A stretch of DNA of 64,000 nt from Candidatus Micrarchaeia archaeon (GTDB lineage: Archaea > Micrarchaeota > Micrarchaeia > Anstonellales > J096), in NCBI GenBank assembly GCA_041500865.1, contig JBGQMY010000002.1, positions 1,982 to 65,981 of the forward strand. The letters are read 5' to 3'. The translations under genes were made by a program, and so were the position numbers. A model generated the notes under the pieces. That model was not told the origin of the DNA, ran no database searches, and was given only the letters and a program-made list of their open reading frames with translations. Of the stretch, positions 47,350-56,600 are shown piece after piece. Position 1 is the stretch's first letter. Every line of letters starts with the position of its first letter.

Positions 47350-49626
47350 ATGCTCAAAACGCTAAGGCTTGCCAATTGGACATCCCACAGGAACAGCGCG
47401 ATATCCTTTGGCAAGGGGGCAAACATCTTCGTCGGCGTCATGGGCTCCGGAAAGTCCAGCGCGCTTGAGGCCATGTCCTTCGCGCTGTTTGGCGCCATCC
47501 CAGAGGGCAGCAGGCGCAAGGCCAAGCTGTCCGACCTGATAAGGTTCGGGGAGGACGCCGCCTCGGTTGAGCTTGAGATGGAGATAAACGGCAATGTTTA
47601 CCGCGTAATAAGGAGGATAAACCGCAAGGAAGGCTCGGAGGCGCAGCTTTACCGCGGGGACGTGCTGGTGGCGCAATCGCCGTCCACAGTCAACAGGCAG
47701 CTGGAAGGCCTGCTAGGCATGAACTACGACCTGTTTTCAACCATAATATATTCGGCGCAGAACAGGATTGACGCATTCATCAACCTGCCGCCAAAAGGCA
47801 GGAAGGAGGCCATTGACGAGCTGATAGGGCTGAACGGCATACTCAAGGTTGAGGACAATGCCAACAAAATCCTCAACAGGCTGAGGCTCATTGCAAAGGA
47901 AATAGCGCCGCTAATGCCGACTGAAACGGAAATGGGGAACAGGGAGAGGGAACTGTCGGCGCTAAAAGATTCGATTTCAAAATGGAAAGAGGAGCAGGAT
48001 AGGCTGGAAAAGGGGGCTTCGGAGGCAAAGGCAAGGCTTTCGGAAACGGCAAAGGCGTACGAGGCTGTTTCGCTCAAGAGAAAGGAGCACGAGGGCCTGA
48101 ACGCACGCATAAGCTCGTCAAAAGGCCGTTTGGGCGCGCTTGAATCGTCATACAACCCGTCGCTTGGCGCGGAAAAGGAAAGGGAACTGCTGGCCTCGAT
48201 TGAACTGCTGAAGAAAAGCAATGCTGAATTTGAGGCGCATGAGAAATCACTGCTCAAGGATTCAAACGCCATACGGGAAAGGATTGCAAACGCAAAGGCT
48301 GCGGATGAAAGGCGCAAGAAGGCGCAAGAAGACGTCTCAAGGCTTGACGCCCTGCTGGGTAAGCTGGGCAGCAAGGAAGATGCCTCAAAAGCCATTGCAT
48401 TGGCTGAGAAAGGCATAAGAGAGTCAAACGAGAGGATGGGCATGCTGGGCGCGGCGGCAAGGGACGCAAGGCACGGGCTCATGGAGATAGGGGGTGCGGG
48501 AAGCAAGTGCCCGGTCTGCATGTCAGAGCTTTCAGGCGACGCAAAATCGCGCATAGAAAATGAATGGAAGGCAAAGCTGGCAGAATCGTCAAAACTGATG
48601 AAAGGGGAGGAATCAAGGCTGCTGGGCCTTTCAAAGGGGCTTGAAACGTACAGGGAAAGGCTCAAGAGGATTGACGCCTGCGCCGCAAAGCGCGAGGCCC
48701 TTGTTCCGCAGGCCGAGAACGTTCCGCATGACGCAGGCAAGGATGCCAACGCGCTTGACGTTGCCGAAAAGTCCATGGAGGAAAACCGCAAAAAAATCAG
48801 TGAAAACGTTTCAAGGTTGGCGGCAAGCGAAAGCTCGCTGAACGACGCCAGAAAGAACATCGCGCTGTCAAGGGAGATTGTGGCTACGCGGGCTGCGCTT
48901 TCGGAGCTTGAAAGGCGGATTTCTTCGCTTGGCTATTCCGAGGGCGATTACAGGAAGGCGGAAGACTGCTACAGAACCGCTTCCTCGGCTGCAGAAAGGG
49001 CAGGGGCCGGGCTGGAGAAGGTGAGGGCGGAAATCGCCATAAGCTCAAGGCTGAGAACCGACCTTGAGGCATTGCTGAAAAGGCATGCGTCCGAAAGGGA
49101 AAGATACGCCAGGATAGAGTCTGCACTGTCGGACGTCTCGCTCTTCAAGGAAACGCTCAACCGCATGCAGTTGATCTTAAGGAACAGCATCATCGGGGAC
49201 ATAAACGTCGGGATAAACGAGGTGTGGAGGTACGCGTACCCCTACAACGACTACGGGATGGTGAGGCTCATAGGCGACGGGGACTCGTACAACTTCGAGG
49301 TCTTCGCAAACGGCGAATGGAGGGACATCTCGCTTGTGGCAAGCGGGGGCGAGAAGACCATGTCCGCCATAGCGCTTCGCATAACGCTTGCCATGGTCCT
49401 TGCCCCGCAGCTGAGCTGGATTGTTCTGGACGAGCCGACGCACAACCTTGACGAGAACGGCATAGAGAAGCTTTCGTCCCTGATAAGGGAGAGGCTTCCG
49501 GGCCTCATAGAGCAATTCGTCATTGTCACGCATGACAACAGGCTCATGTCATCCGGGAACGGAAACGTGTTCCAGTTCCTGCGAGAGAAGAGCGGCAACG
49601 ACCCTACGTCAGTGGAAAAAGTCTGA
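47350..49626 (+). CDS. rad50: Rad50/SbcC-like SMC ATPase
   Basis: Walker A GVMGSGKS, Q-loop, coiled coils, zinc hook CPVC, signature SGGE, Walker B LDEP, VTH. Confidence 0.85.
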   Translation: MLKTLRLANWTSHRNSAISFGKGANIFVGVMGSGKSSALEAMSFALFGAIPEGSRRKAKLSDLIRFGEDAASVELEMEINGNVYRVIRRINRKEGSEAQLYRGDVLVAQSPSTVNRQLEGLLGMNYDLFSTIIYSAQNRIDAFINLPPKGRKEAIDELIGLNGILKVEDNANKILNRLRLIAKEIAPLMPTETEMGNRERELSALKDSISKWKEEQDRLEKGASEAKARLSETAKAYEAVSLKRKEHEGLNARISSSKGRLGALESSYNPSLGAEKERELLASIELLKKSNAEFEAHEKSLLKDSNAIRERIANAKAADERRKKAQEDVSRLDALLGKLGSKEDASKAIALAEKGIRESNERMGMLGAAARDARHGLMEIGGAGSKCPVCMSELSGDAKSRIENEWKAKLAESSKLMKGEESRLLGLSKGLETYRERLKRIDACAAKREALVPQAENVPHDAGKDANALDVAEKSMEENRKKISENVSRLAASESSLNDARKNIALSREIVATRAALSELERRISSLGYSEGDYRKAEDCYRTASSAAERAGAGLEKVRAEIAISSRLRTDLEALLKRHASERERYARIESALSDVSLFKETLNRMQLILRNSIIGDINVGINEVWRYAYPYNDYGMVRLIGDGDSYNFEVFANGEWRDISLVASGGEKTMSAIALRITLAMVLAPQLSWIVLDEPTHNLDENGIEKLSSLIRERLPGLIEQFVIVTHDNRLMSSGNGNVFQFLREKSGNDPTSVEKV

Positions 49627-51996
49627 CAGGCTGGACTGCTTTCCGGCGTTGGCCAATTCCTGCTCGCTTACCTTTAATTCTTTCAGCAGCTTCAAGACCG
49701 ACGGTATGATTTGGTTGTTGACGTAATATTCTGCATCGTAGTTCGTCGCGGTGTCCAGCGGCTCGGCCTTGTCGGAGATGTTCCTGCCGTTTTTTGTCAC
49801 GACGTAACTGATTAGCGTCCCCATGCCGACCTTTATGCCCTTTGCCATCATCTTCTTTGCAGCGCCAAGCTCCGGGCTTATGATTTCATAGTCCCTTATG
49901 TCCTTGTTGAGCTGCGTGTGAATCACAAGCTCTTTCAAAGGCACCTTGTTGCCCCTGAGCCTGGTTATGACGTCCTTGACGTAGTTTACGGCCTTGTCCT
50001 TGTTGCCTTCCCTCAGGATTATGTCCAAAACCGCCCTTTGCGTCTCCCTGGCTATCTTGCTCCAGTCCCGCCTTACCAATTCAAACCCCCTTATCTTGAT
50101 TTTCCCGTTCTTGGAAAGCATGGCGTATTTCTTTTTCGCGCCTGACTCGTTGCCCTTCTTTGTGACGAATACGCCCCGTGCGTAGAAGTCCTCCAATTCC
50201 AGCTTCATGTCCCCGGGAAGCTTCGCGTTCATGTGGTCCAGGAAGTCCAGGACGTCCTTTTCCGTTTTCTTGTTCATGAGGATAAATAAGGAATCCGTGT
50301 CCATGTAAAGCACGTTGAACCCGAGCCTTTCAGCCTCCGCTTCCGCAGCCTTTATGTGCGCCCTCCCCCACGCCGTGACGCTGGATGCGCATTCCCTGGA
50401 ATACCACCTGCTCTTCGGGTATCCCAAATAGCCGTAAAACGAGTTGGCGATTATCTTCAGCGCCTGGACCCTTGCCTTGAGCCTGTCATGCTCCTGCGTG
50501 CCTGGCTTGGCCTTCTTGGCCTCGCCCTTCAGCGAAATCCTGAGATCCAGCACCTCCTTCAAAACTGCCGGCACAAGCCCCAGCTTGCCATTTGCGAACT
50601 TCGTACCTGAAGGGGAGACGTGCACGTTGTCGCCTGTCTCCCTTATCTCGTACGGGTCCACGTTGTACGTCGTTATGATTGAGGGATACAGGCCCCTGAA
50701 GTCCAGCACCGCGATGTTGTCGTATATGCCCGGCTCGGGCAGCTTCACGTATGCGCCCTCAATCGGGTTTGCGAGCCTTTTGTCCACTTCCTGCTCATTG
50801 GGCTTTTTCGGTATCAGTATGCCGTTCTTCCTTGCGTAGAACATCAGCATGTTCTCAACGAACTGGCCGGTCGTCCCCAACGACGCGTCAAAGATGAACG
50901 TCTTTGAAAGCTTTGATATCTCCATCTCCAGCGGCAGCAAGGCCATGCCCAGTTCGTACGTTGACTGCGCGTCCATCAATGAATATTTCACAAGGTCTTC
51001 CGTCTTTTCGGGGTTGTCCCACAGCTCCCAGATGGCTGCCCTGTCCACCATGAGCTTTTCCTTTCCCAAAACTGCCTTGTAGACGTCGTAGAGCGTGAAC
51101 TTCTCCGCGTCAAATACGCCTATCCTCCCGAACATCTTGGCCATCGGGTACAGGTCCAGGTGTATCCTCCCGGTCATGTCGTACCCCTTGACGTTGCCCC
51201 TGCTGATTTTCCTCATTTTCCCCCTTTCGCGGGAAAGGCTTGCGCCCCTGATTTTCAGCGCAGCCGCCCTTTCAAGCAGATAAGGGATGTCGAACACCGA
51301 TGAGTTATAGCCAATGACCATGTCCGGATCCTTCAGCTCGACAGTCTCAAGGAACCTGGATATGAGCGCCTCTTCCGAAGACACTTTTATTACGTTTTCG
51401 CCTTTCCCCTTGGTGGAGATGACCTTGTTCTCCTCCCAGTCTGCATAGCTTACCATGATGATTGGGTCCTTCCTTGAGTCGGGCATTATGCCGGGGTTGT
51501 AAACCTCCATGTCAAAGGCAAGCGACTTCCATTTGGCTTCAGGGTTCTCGTCGACCATCGTTATGCCGTTAAGGCTGTCCCCGTCAGCGTCTATCTCCAC
51601 CATTGAGAACGGGATAAGGTGCAGGTCTATCACCGCCCTTTTTTCGTACGGTATGTCGTACTCATAGCAGGATGCGTTGGAGAGCCTCCTGAAATAGTCC
51701 TTCAGCTTTGGGACGTCGCTCGGCAGGTGGCAATACACTTTCAGCAGCGTCTTTTCGCTTTTCTCGCTGAGCTGGACAGGCTCCACCGTCTTGACCCTGA
51801 TGAGCCTGCTTTCCTCTTCCTCGACCTGCGCGGCCATGATTTCCGTTGGATTGATGTTCTCGACGTAGAAATACGGGTCGTATTTGAATTTTACTGCCGT
51901 GTTTGTCCCGTCGGTCTTCAGGTGCAGGACAACGAAGCTCTGCTCGCCCTCGACCTCATGCCCGACGTCAAACAGCACGCCCTTCTTTATTGCCAT
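49609..51996 (-). CDS. polB: Family B DNA polymerase
   Basis: Exonuclease FDME, GYN..FD.PY; polymerase DFRGLYPS, KIIANSFYGY, YMDTDS, KKKYA, RGFE.VRRDW. Confidence 0.96.
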   Translation of the reverse strand: MAIKKGVLFDVGHEVEGEQSFVVLHLKTDGTNTAVKFKYDPYFYVENINPTEIMAAQVEEEESRLIRVKTVEPVQLSEKSEKTLLKVYCHLPSDVPKLKDYFRRLSNASCYEYDIPYEKRAVIDLHLIPFSMVEIDADGDSLNGITMVDENPEAKWKSLAFDMEVYNPGIMPDSRKDPIIMVSYADWEENKVISTKGKGENVIKVSSEEALISRFLETVELKDPDMVIGYNSSVFDIPYLLERAAALKIRGASLSRERGKMRKISRGNVKGYDMTGRIHLDLYPMAKMFGRIGVFDAEKFTLYDVYKAVLGKEKLMVDRAAIWELWDNPEKTEDLVKYSLMDAQSTYELGMALLPLEMEISKLSKTFIFDASLGTTGQFVENMLMFYARKNGILIPKKPNEQEVDKRLANPIEGAYVKLPEPGIYDNIAVLDFRGLYPSIITTYNVDPYEIRETGDNVHVSPSGTKFANGKLGLVPAVLKEVLDLRISLKGEAKKAKPGTQEHDRLKARVQALKIIANSFYGYLGYPKSRWYSRECASSVTAWGRAHIKAAEAEAERLGFNVLYMDTDSLFILMNKKTEKDVLDFLDHMNAKLPGDMKLELEDFYARGVFVTKKGNESGAKKKYAMLSKNGKIKIRGFELVRRDWSKIARETQRAVLDIILREGNKDKAVNYVKDVITRLRGNKVPLKELVIHTQLNKDIRDYEIISPELGAAKKMMAKGIKVGMGTLISYVVTKNGRNISDKAEPLDTATNYDAEYYVNNQIIPSVLKLLKELKVSEQELANAGKQSSLSDFFH

Positions 51997-52071
51997 TGCA
52001 TGGGTATCCCTGGATAGGCTTAAAACGGTTGCGCAACGGCTTTTTTAACCTCTTTTGTCCATAATGGAGGC

Positions 52072-52824
52072 ATGGCGCAAAGGCTCAGAGAGTCTAAGAT
52101 TAAAAAAGCAGCCAAACGGCCAGACCTGGCCAGCAAAAAGCTGCCGACTGAGGAAAGGAAGCCCAGCCAAAAGGAGCAGAATCGGCTTGATGCCAATCTC
52201 TTGATAGCGGCCGCGAATGGCTTGCTAGATGATGCCAGGAGGATGCTGAAGGCTGGGGCGAATATAGAGGCAAGGGACAAGAACGGATGGACCGCGCTTA
52301 TGTATGCTGCACAGCATGGGCACACCAAAACCTGCAAGCTGCTGCTTGAAAAGGGCGCAGGAATCAAAGTGCAGGAGCGGCTTGATGCCCGCCTCCTGAA
52401 AGCGGCAGGGGAAGGCAGGACAGGAAAAGTCGGAAGGCTTCTGAAGAAAGGCGCAAGCATCGAGGCGGGGGACAGCATCGGCTGGACCCCGCTCATGATG
52501 GCCGCGTATGGGAACAACATGGAAACCTGCGCGCTGCTGGTTGAAAAGGGCGCGGACGTCAACGCAAAAAGCAGGGAAAGCTGGAATGCGCTCATGCTGG
52601 CCGCGTGTTGGGGATATACGGAAATCTGCGCCTTCCTGCTGGAAAAGGGCGCAGACGTGAATGCAAGCGACTATGATGGCAAAACCCCGCTAATAGTTGC
52701 AAGGGAAAACGGAAAAACAGAAACAGCCGAACTCCTGAAGATTTATTCGATGGCAAAGATAATGGACAGGGAAACGGCGGTTACGTTCATTTCCAGCTTC
52801 CGCGAGTGCATAGGTGGTGCCTGA
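52072..52824 (+). CDS. Ankyrin repeat protein
   Basis: Basic leader; two RLDA.LL.AA caps; GWTALMYAA, GWTPLMMAA repeats; tail FISSFRECIGGA. Confidence 0.94.
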   Translation: MAQRLRESKIKKAAKRPDLASKKLPTEERKPSQKEQNRLDANLLIAAANGLLDDARRMLKAGANIEARDKNGWTALMYAAQHGHTKTCKLLLEKGAGIKVQERLDARLLKAAGEGRTGKVGRLLKKGASIEAGDSIGWTPLMMAAYGNNMETCALLVEKGADVNAKSRESWNALMLAACWGYTEICAFLLEKGADVNASDYDGKTPLIVARENGKTETAELLKIYSMAKIMDRETAVTFISSFRECIGGA

Positions 52825-53487
52825 ATGGCGCAAAAGCTCAGGGAGCCAAAAATCATCCATAAGATAAGGGAATTCTTCCATAAGCCTGAGCCTGACAATT
52901 CGGCAACGCTGCAGGAGCGGCTCAATGCCGACCTTTTGAAGGCTGCCGCAGGAGGCCAGACAAAGGAGGTTGAAACGCTGCTGGAAAAAGGCGCAGAATG
53001 GTGGGCGACGAGCGAAAGCGGCTTTACCGCGCTGATGTTTGCAGCAGGCAGGGGCCACGCAAGGGTCTGCGGGCTCCTGGTTGAACATGGCGCAAGCATT
53101 GACTCAAGGGCATTGAACGGCTCAACCCCGCTGATGCTTGCAGCAGGGAACGGGAAGTCGGAAACCTGCGCCTTGCTCATTGAAAAAGGCGCTGCCGTGA
53201 ACGCAGTCAACGAGGACAGCAGCAACGGCTGGACAGCGCTGCATTGGGCGGCAATCAACGGGCACACCAAGGCATGCGCAGTCCTGGTTGCAAAAGGGGC
53301 CAAGATAATGGGGGAAAATGGCTTGCATGAGATTCCTGAACTTTTGGCTGAGAGGCAGGACAAAAGGGAGACGGCCGCGTTCCTCAGGCCCATCAGGGAG
53401 ATGTGGTACTCGGCCGGCAACCTGGACGGCGCAAACGGCTTTGCCATATCCATATCGTTTTTCGGCAAATGCATCAAGGCGGCATAA
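52825..53487 (+). CDS. Ankyrin repeat protein
   Basis: MAQKLRE leader like the upstream paralog; GFTALMFAA, GSTPLMLAA, GWTALHWAA; tail ISFFGKCIKAA. Confidence 0.93.
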   Translation: MAQKLREPKIIHKIREFFHKPEPDNSATLQERLNADLLKAAAGGQTKEVETLLEKGAEWWATSESGFTALMFAAGRGHARVCGLLVEHGASIDSRALNGSTPLMLAAGNGKSETCALLIEKGAAVNAVNEDSSNGWTALHWAAINGHTKACAVLVAKGAKIMGENGLHEIPELLAERQDKRETAAFLRPIREMWYSAGNLDGANGFAISISFFGKCIKAA

Positions 53488-53505
53488 TCCCATCTGATGC
53501 AGAAA

Positions 53506-54144
53506 TCAGTAATATTTCAGGTCAAAATCTCCTAAGCTGTCGAATACCACCTGGATGCGCATATCACAGGCGTCCCTAAGCTCCTTGGAGCTGCCGTCAA
53601 ACGTATGAAGATTTACAATCCTCAGATTGAATCTCTTTATCATGTGCGCCATTGGAACAAAATCGGCATCCCCTGAAAAAAGGATTACTGCTTCGGCTTC
53701 CTTATTCATGGCTTTTTCTATTGCATCTATGGCAATCATAACATCAATGCCTTTCTCTTTTGTATTGTTTACCAAGCCCAATCTTGACAGGAATGCCCTT
53801 AATTTTGACTTGCATGCATCCATCAAACCCACTTCATCTGAGGCAGAGGATATCTTCTCATCCGATATCTCATCATAATACTGCAATTTCCTTATTTTGA
53901 TAGCTAGTTTTGGGCTGGCGCGCCTGAGCCTTTCGTGGAAACGCTGCTGTTTGGAATAGCCTTCCGGGTCTTTGCGGGAGTTCTTTACCGCGTCATAAAA
54001 TATGATCTCTTTTATTTTGAACTTTGAGCTGAGCTTTTCAAAAAGCTCTGAGTATTCTTCTCCATCAAAAGGCAGCACACCCATGTTTTTCAGGGAATGG
54101 TATGCATTTGAGCCGTCTATCAAAAGAATTGCGGACAAGACCAT
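53506..54144 (-). CDS. NYN-domain (LabA/DUF88, PIN-like) ribonuclease
   Basis: LIDGSN, KEKGIDV.IAID, LFSGDADF.P, S.EL...CD. Confidence 0.88.
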   Translation of the reverse strand: MVLSAILLIDGSNAYHSLKNMGVLPFDGEEYSELFEKLSSKFKIKEIIFYDAVKNSRKDPEGYSKQQRFHERLRRASPKLAIKIRKLQYYDEISDEKISSASDEVGLMDACKSKLRAFLSRLGLVNNTKEKGIDVMIAIDAIEKAMNKEAEAVILFSGDADFVPMAHMIKRFNLRIVNLHTFDGSSKELRDACDMRIQVVFDSLGDFDLKYY

Positions 54145-54240
54145 AGAATCACTTAAGCCCACGTTTGCAGCATTTCTACTGCAACCGTGGGGACTCAATC
54201 TTAAGTATTATTTATGTCCAAACATTTAAAAACAAGCAAG

Positions 54241-54648
54241 TTATTTCGCTTTCCTGAACTTGAAGCCGTAGTTTATGACGCCGTCAGGGTCGTACTGCTG
54301 TATCTTGCGGAAAACCATCTCGACCTTGTCGCCCATCTTTATCCTGTCTTCCGTGATGTCGACGATTTGGCCAAGGACCTTCGCGCCTTCTTCCAATTCT
54401 ATTATCGCGATGATGTAGGGCGTTGCGGTCTCAAATCCGACCGGCCCCGAATAAACGGTTGAATAGCTGTATATCTTTCCCTTTCCGGAAAACGTGTAAG
54501 GCGTTATCTTTCCTTTTCTTCTGCAGTGCGGGCAGACTTTCCTTGGCGGAAAATAATAGTTTTTGCAGTTGCTGCACATCGTGCCTTCCATCCTGTAGCG
54601 CTCGGGTATCCTTCTCCAGTTGATAGGTATGCTTTCCCTCATGGACAT
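54241..54648 (-). CDS. Zn-ribbon/OB-fold protein (DUF35 family)
   Basis: CSNC....PPR..CPHC, G.IYSY, PY..A.IEL.EG, G.KVEMVFRK, YG.KF. Confidence 0.88.
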   Translation of the reverse strand: MSMRESIPINWRRIPERYRMEGTMCSNCKNYYFPPRKVCPHCRRKGKITPYTFSGKGKIYSYSTVYSGPVGFETATPYIIAIIELEEGAKVLGQIVDITEDRIKMGDKVEMVFRKIQQYDPDGVINYGFKFRKAK

Positions 54649-54652
54649 TCAC

Positions 54653-55831
54653 CTAGAAAACCGCGTAAACCTTGCCCCTCTTGTCAACCGTCAAAACAGT
54701 CTCTCCGGAAAACTTGAACGTCTTTGACTTCGCCTTTTCAAGCCTTATGCTCATGCCTTCCTTAATCAGCGCGCCCCTGTTCTCGAAAAGGTAGATTATG
54801 CCCTCCTTGCCTTCGGGGTCGGCCACGGTCAGCCTCGTATAGACTTCCCTTGCGTTCTTGGTCCTGTCATACTGCCGGTGCTCAACTTTCTTGACAAGCA
54901 GATAGTCCGTAGTTATGTTCTTCCACCCGTCCTTTATGTTGCTTATGTCGGTCAGCTTGACTTCCTTGAAGTTCCTCCTTGCGAGCTTGAAAGCCACGTC
55001 GACCTGGTGGTCCAAGAACTTTTTCAGCGTGTCCCTCTGGTGCTCAATCAGATGTTCGTCGTCCGAAATCATCATTGAGTCGTATGCCATCCTTATTATG
55101 GACGGCTCGCCCTCCTCCATGACCTTCTTTTCTTCTTCGGTAAACAGGTTGTCCTTTGTCATGTCCTCGGCTTCCCTGCCTATGAGGTCTGCCGCGTCCG
55201 CTGAAGGCGCCGCGAACCCGGCCTCCGCTATGCCGATGTCCTCCTTTTTCGGCGCTTCCTGCGCAGCCCCCTGTTTTGGCTCCCCTTGTTTTTCCTGGGC
55301 CGGCTTTTCGTGATGGGCCTGCCTCTCCTCCTTTGCTTCCGGCTTTTCCTCATCCTTCTGCACGGAATACAGGTTCATGACATGCGTCAAAAGATTCTGG
55401 AACGTGCTCTTGTCCTTGTGCATGAACGCCAGCTCGAACAGCTTCGGCTTGAGCTGTTCCGCCTTTTCCTTGCCCATTGATTTCTCGAACTCCTTCTGCA
55501 GCGGGTCAAGCATCTTCTCCTTCTGCTCCTTCTCGGCCTCCAGCATGGGCTTGTGCTCCGGCTCCTCCTTCCTTCCGCCCGAGAAGTCCACGCCCCTGAA
55601 CAGCTCCGTCATCGGGAGCATGTCCGGCTTGTTTTGCCTCATCCTTGCCAGCCCTTCGTTGGCCGTCTTCACGACTTCCTTGTTCTTGTCGTTGGAAAGC
55701 TCCAGCATTGCCAGCGTGGCGCCTGGGTCGTTGATTTCAGCCAGCTTCCTTGCCGTCGCAATCCTTACCTTGGGGTTTGAGTCGAATGTCAGCGAAATGA
55801 GGCGCGCAACCTCCTTCTGGTCGTATTCCAT
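54653..55831 (-). CDS. Protein with N-terminal HEAT repeat, acidic linker and C-terminal OB-fold-like domain
   Basis: DSNPKVRIATARKL; C-terminal ISNIKDG.KNI...LTVAD..G...IYLF....IKEG..IRL resembles SSB/RPA OB folds. Confidence 0.55.
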   Translation of the reverse strand: MEYDQKEVARLISLTFDSNPKVRIATARKLAEINDPGATLAMLELSNDKNKEVVKTANEGLARMRQNKPDMLPMTELFRGVDFSGGRKEEPEHKPMLEAEKEQKEKMLDPLQKEFEKSMGKEKAEQLKPKLFELAFMHKDKSTFQNLLTHVMNLYSVQKDEEKPEAKEERQAHHEKPAQEKQGEPKQGAAQEAPKKEDIGIAEAGFAAPSADAADLIGREAEDMTKDNLFTEEEKKVMEEGEPSIIRMAYDSMMISDDEHLIEHQRDTLKKFLDHQVDVAFKLARRNFKEVKLTDISNIKDGWKNITTDYLLVKKVEHRQYDRTKNAREVYTRLTVADPEGKEGIIYLFENRGALIKEGMSIRLEKAKSKTFKFSGETVLTVDKRGKVYAVF

Positions 55832-55947
55832 GCCATCAGCCAATATTGGGTTTAAGGGCATGGGTTTTTATAGCTAATCCGGTTTTTTGGGGGGTTTTTG
55901 TGTGTTTTATATAGTGTTTAAAAAAGGTTCCGTGCCATAGCCAGACT

Positions 55948-56586
55948 ATGGAGAGCATGCAGAGGCTTGTTCCGCTTAGAAACGAAGTGTCAAACCAGAG
56001 GTATGGCACCTACCTGAGCGCCAGGCAGATGCTCAAGAGCAAGGGCGGGCTTCCGCGCATGGCATTCTGCTCAAAGGGCGTTCTTGACGATTACTGCGAC
56101 AGCGGAGGGGCGCTGCCTTTTTGGCTGAACGAGATTGTTGCGCATGGCTCGCACAGGTGGAGCAAGGGCGCCGAACTGATGGGCGGGCTTGAGGACTACT
56201 CATTCGGCTGGAAGGTGCCCTTTTCCTACCTGAAGGATCCTTCAATAATCTTTGGCGACGCGTTTGCGCCGGGCGCAGTGCTCATAATAGCGCCCAAGAT
56301 GCTTGAGATCGGCAGGAAAAAGGTCATTGTGCATCCGCAAACGATAGCCGTATCCATTGTGGAGTCCGGCAAAAGCCTGATAACCGTCAAGCTGGGCGGA
56401 GTAACCATACGCATCATGGGCAGCATGGTCCCGTGCGTAAGGCCTGCCAGGATGGAGCTGAACGGCTGCGTTTCGCTGCCAAGGACAAGGTTTTCAGGCA
56501 CCCATGTCGCATATATGCAGGGGGCGGACATCTCGCCTGCCTTGGCCATCGGCTCCAATGAAGGGAAGCCCATTGTTATGCCTTAA
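55948..56586 (+). CDS. Hypothetical protein
   Basis: 212-aa ORF with an upstream TTTAAA box; no recognised motif. Confidence 0.6.
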   Translation: MESMQRLVPLRNEVSNQRYGTYLSARQMLKSKGGLPRMAFCSKGVLDDYCDSGGALPFWLNEIVAHGSHRWSKGAELMGGLEDYSFGWKVPFSYLKDPSIIFGDAFAPGAVLIIAPKMLEIGRKKVIVHPQTIAVSIVESGKSLITVKLGGVTIRIMGSMVPCVRPARMELNGCVSLPRTRFSGTHVAYMQGADISPALAIGSNEGKPIVMP

Positions 56587-56600
56587 AAGGATTCTGGCTG

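Noticed and set aside
49609..51996. polB as a casposon or viral polymerase, or carrying an intein
   Set aside because: Length and contiguous motifs fit a cellular archaeal PolB, with no insertion, cas1 or terminal repeats.
54666..54677. 12-nt match (TAAACCTTGCCC) to the predicted TnpB guide
   Set aside because: The first guide bases do not match and there is no adjacent TTTAA-like TAM; likely chance.
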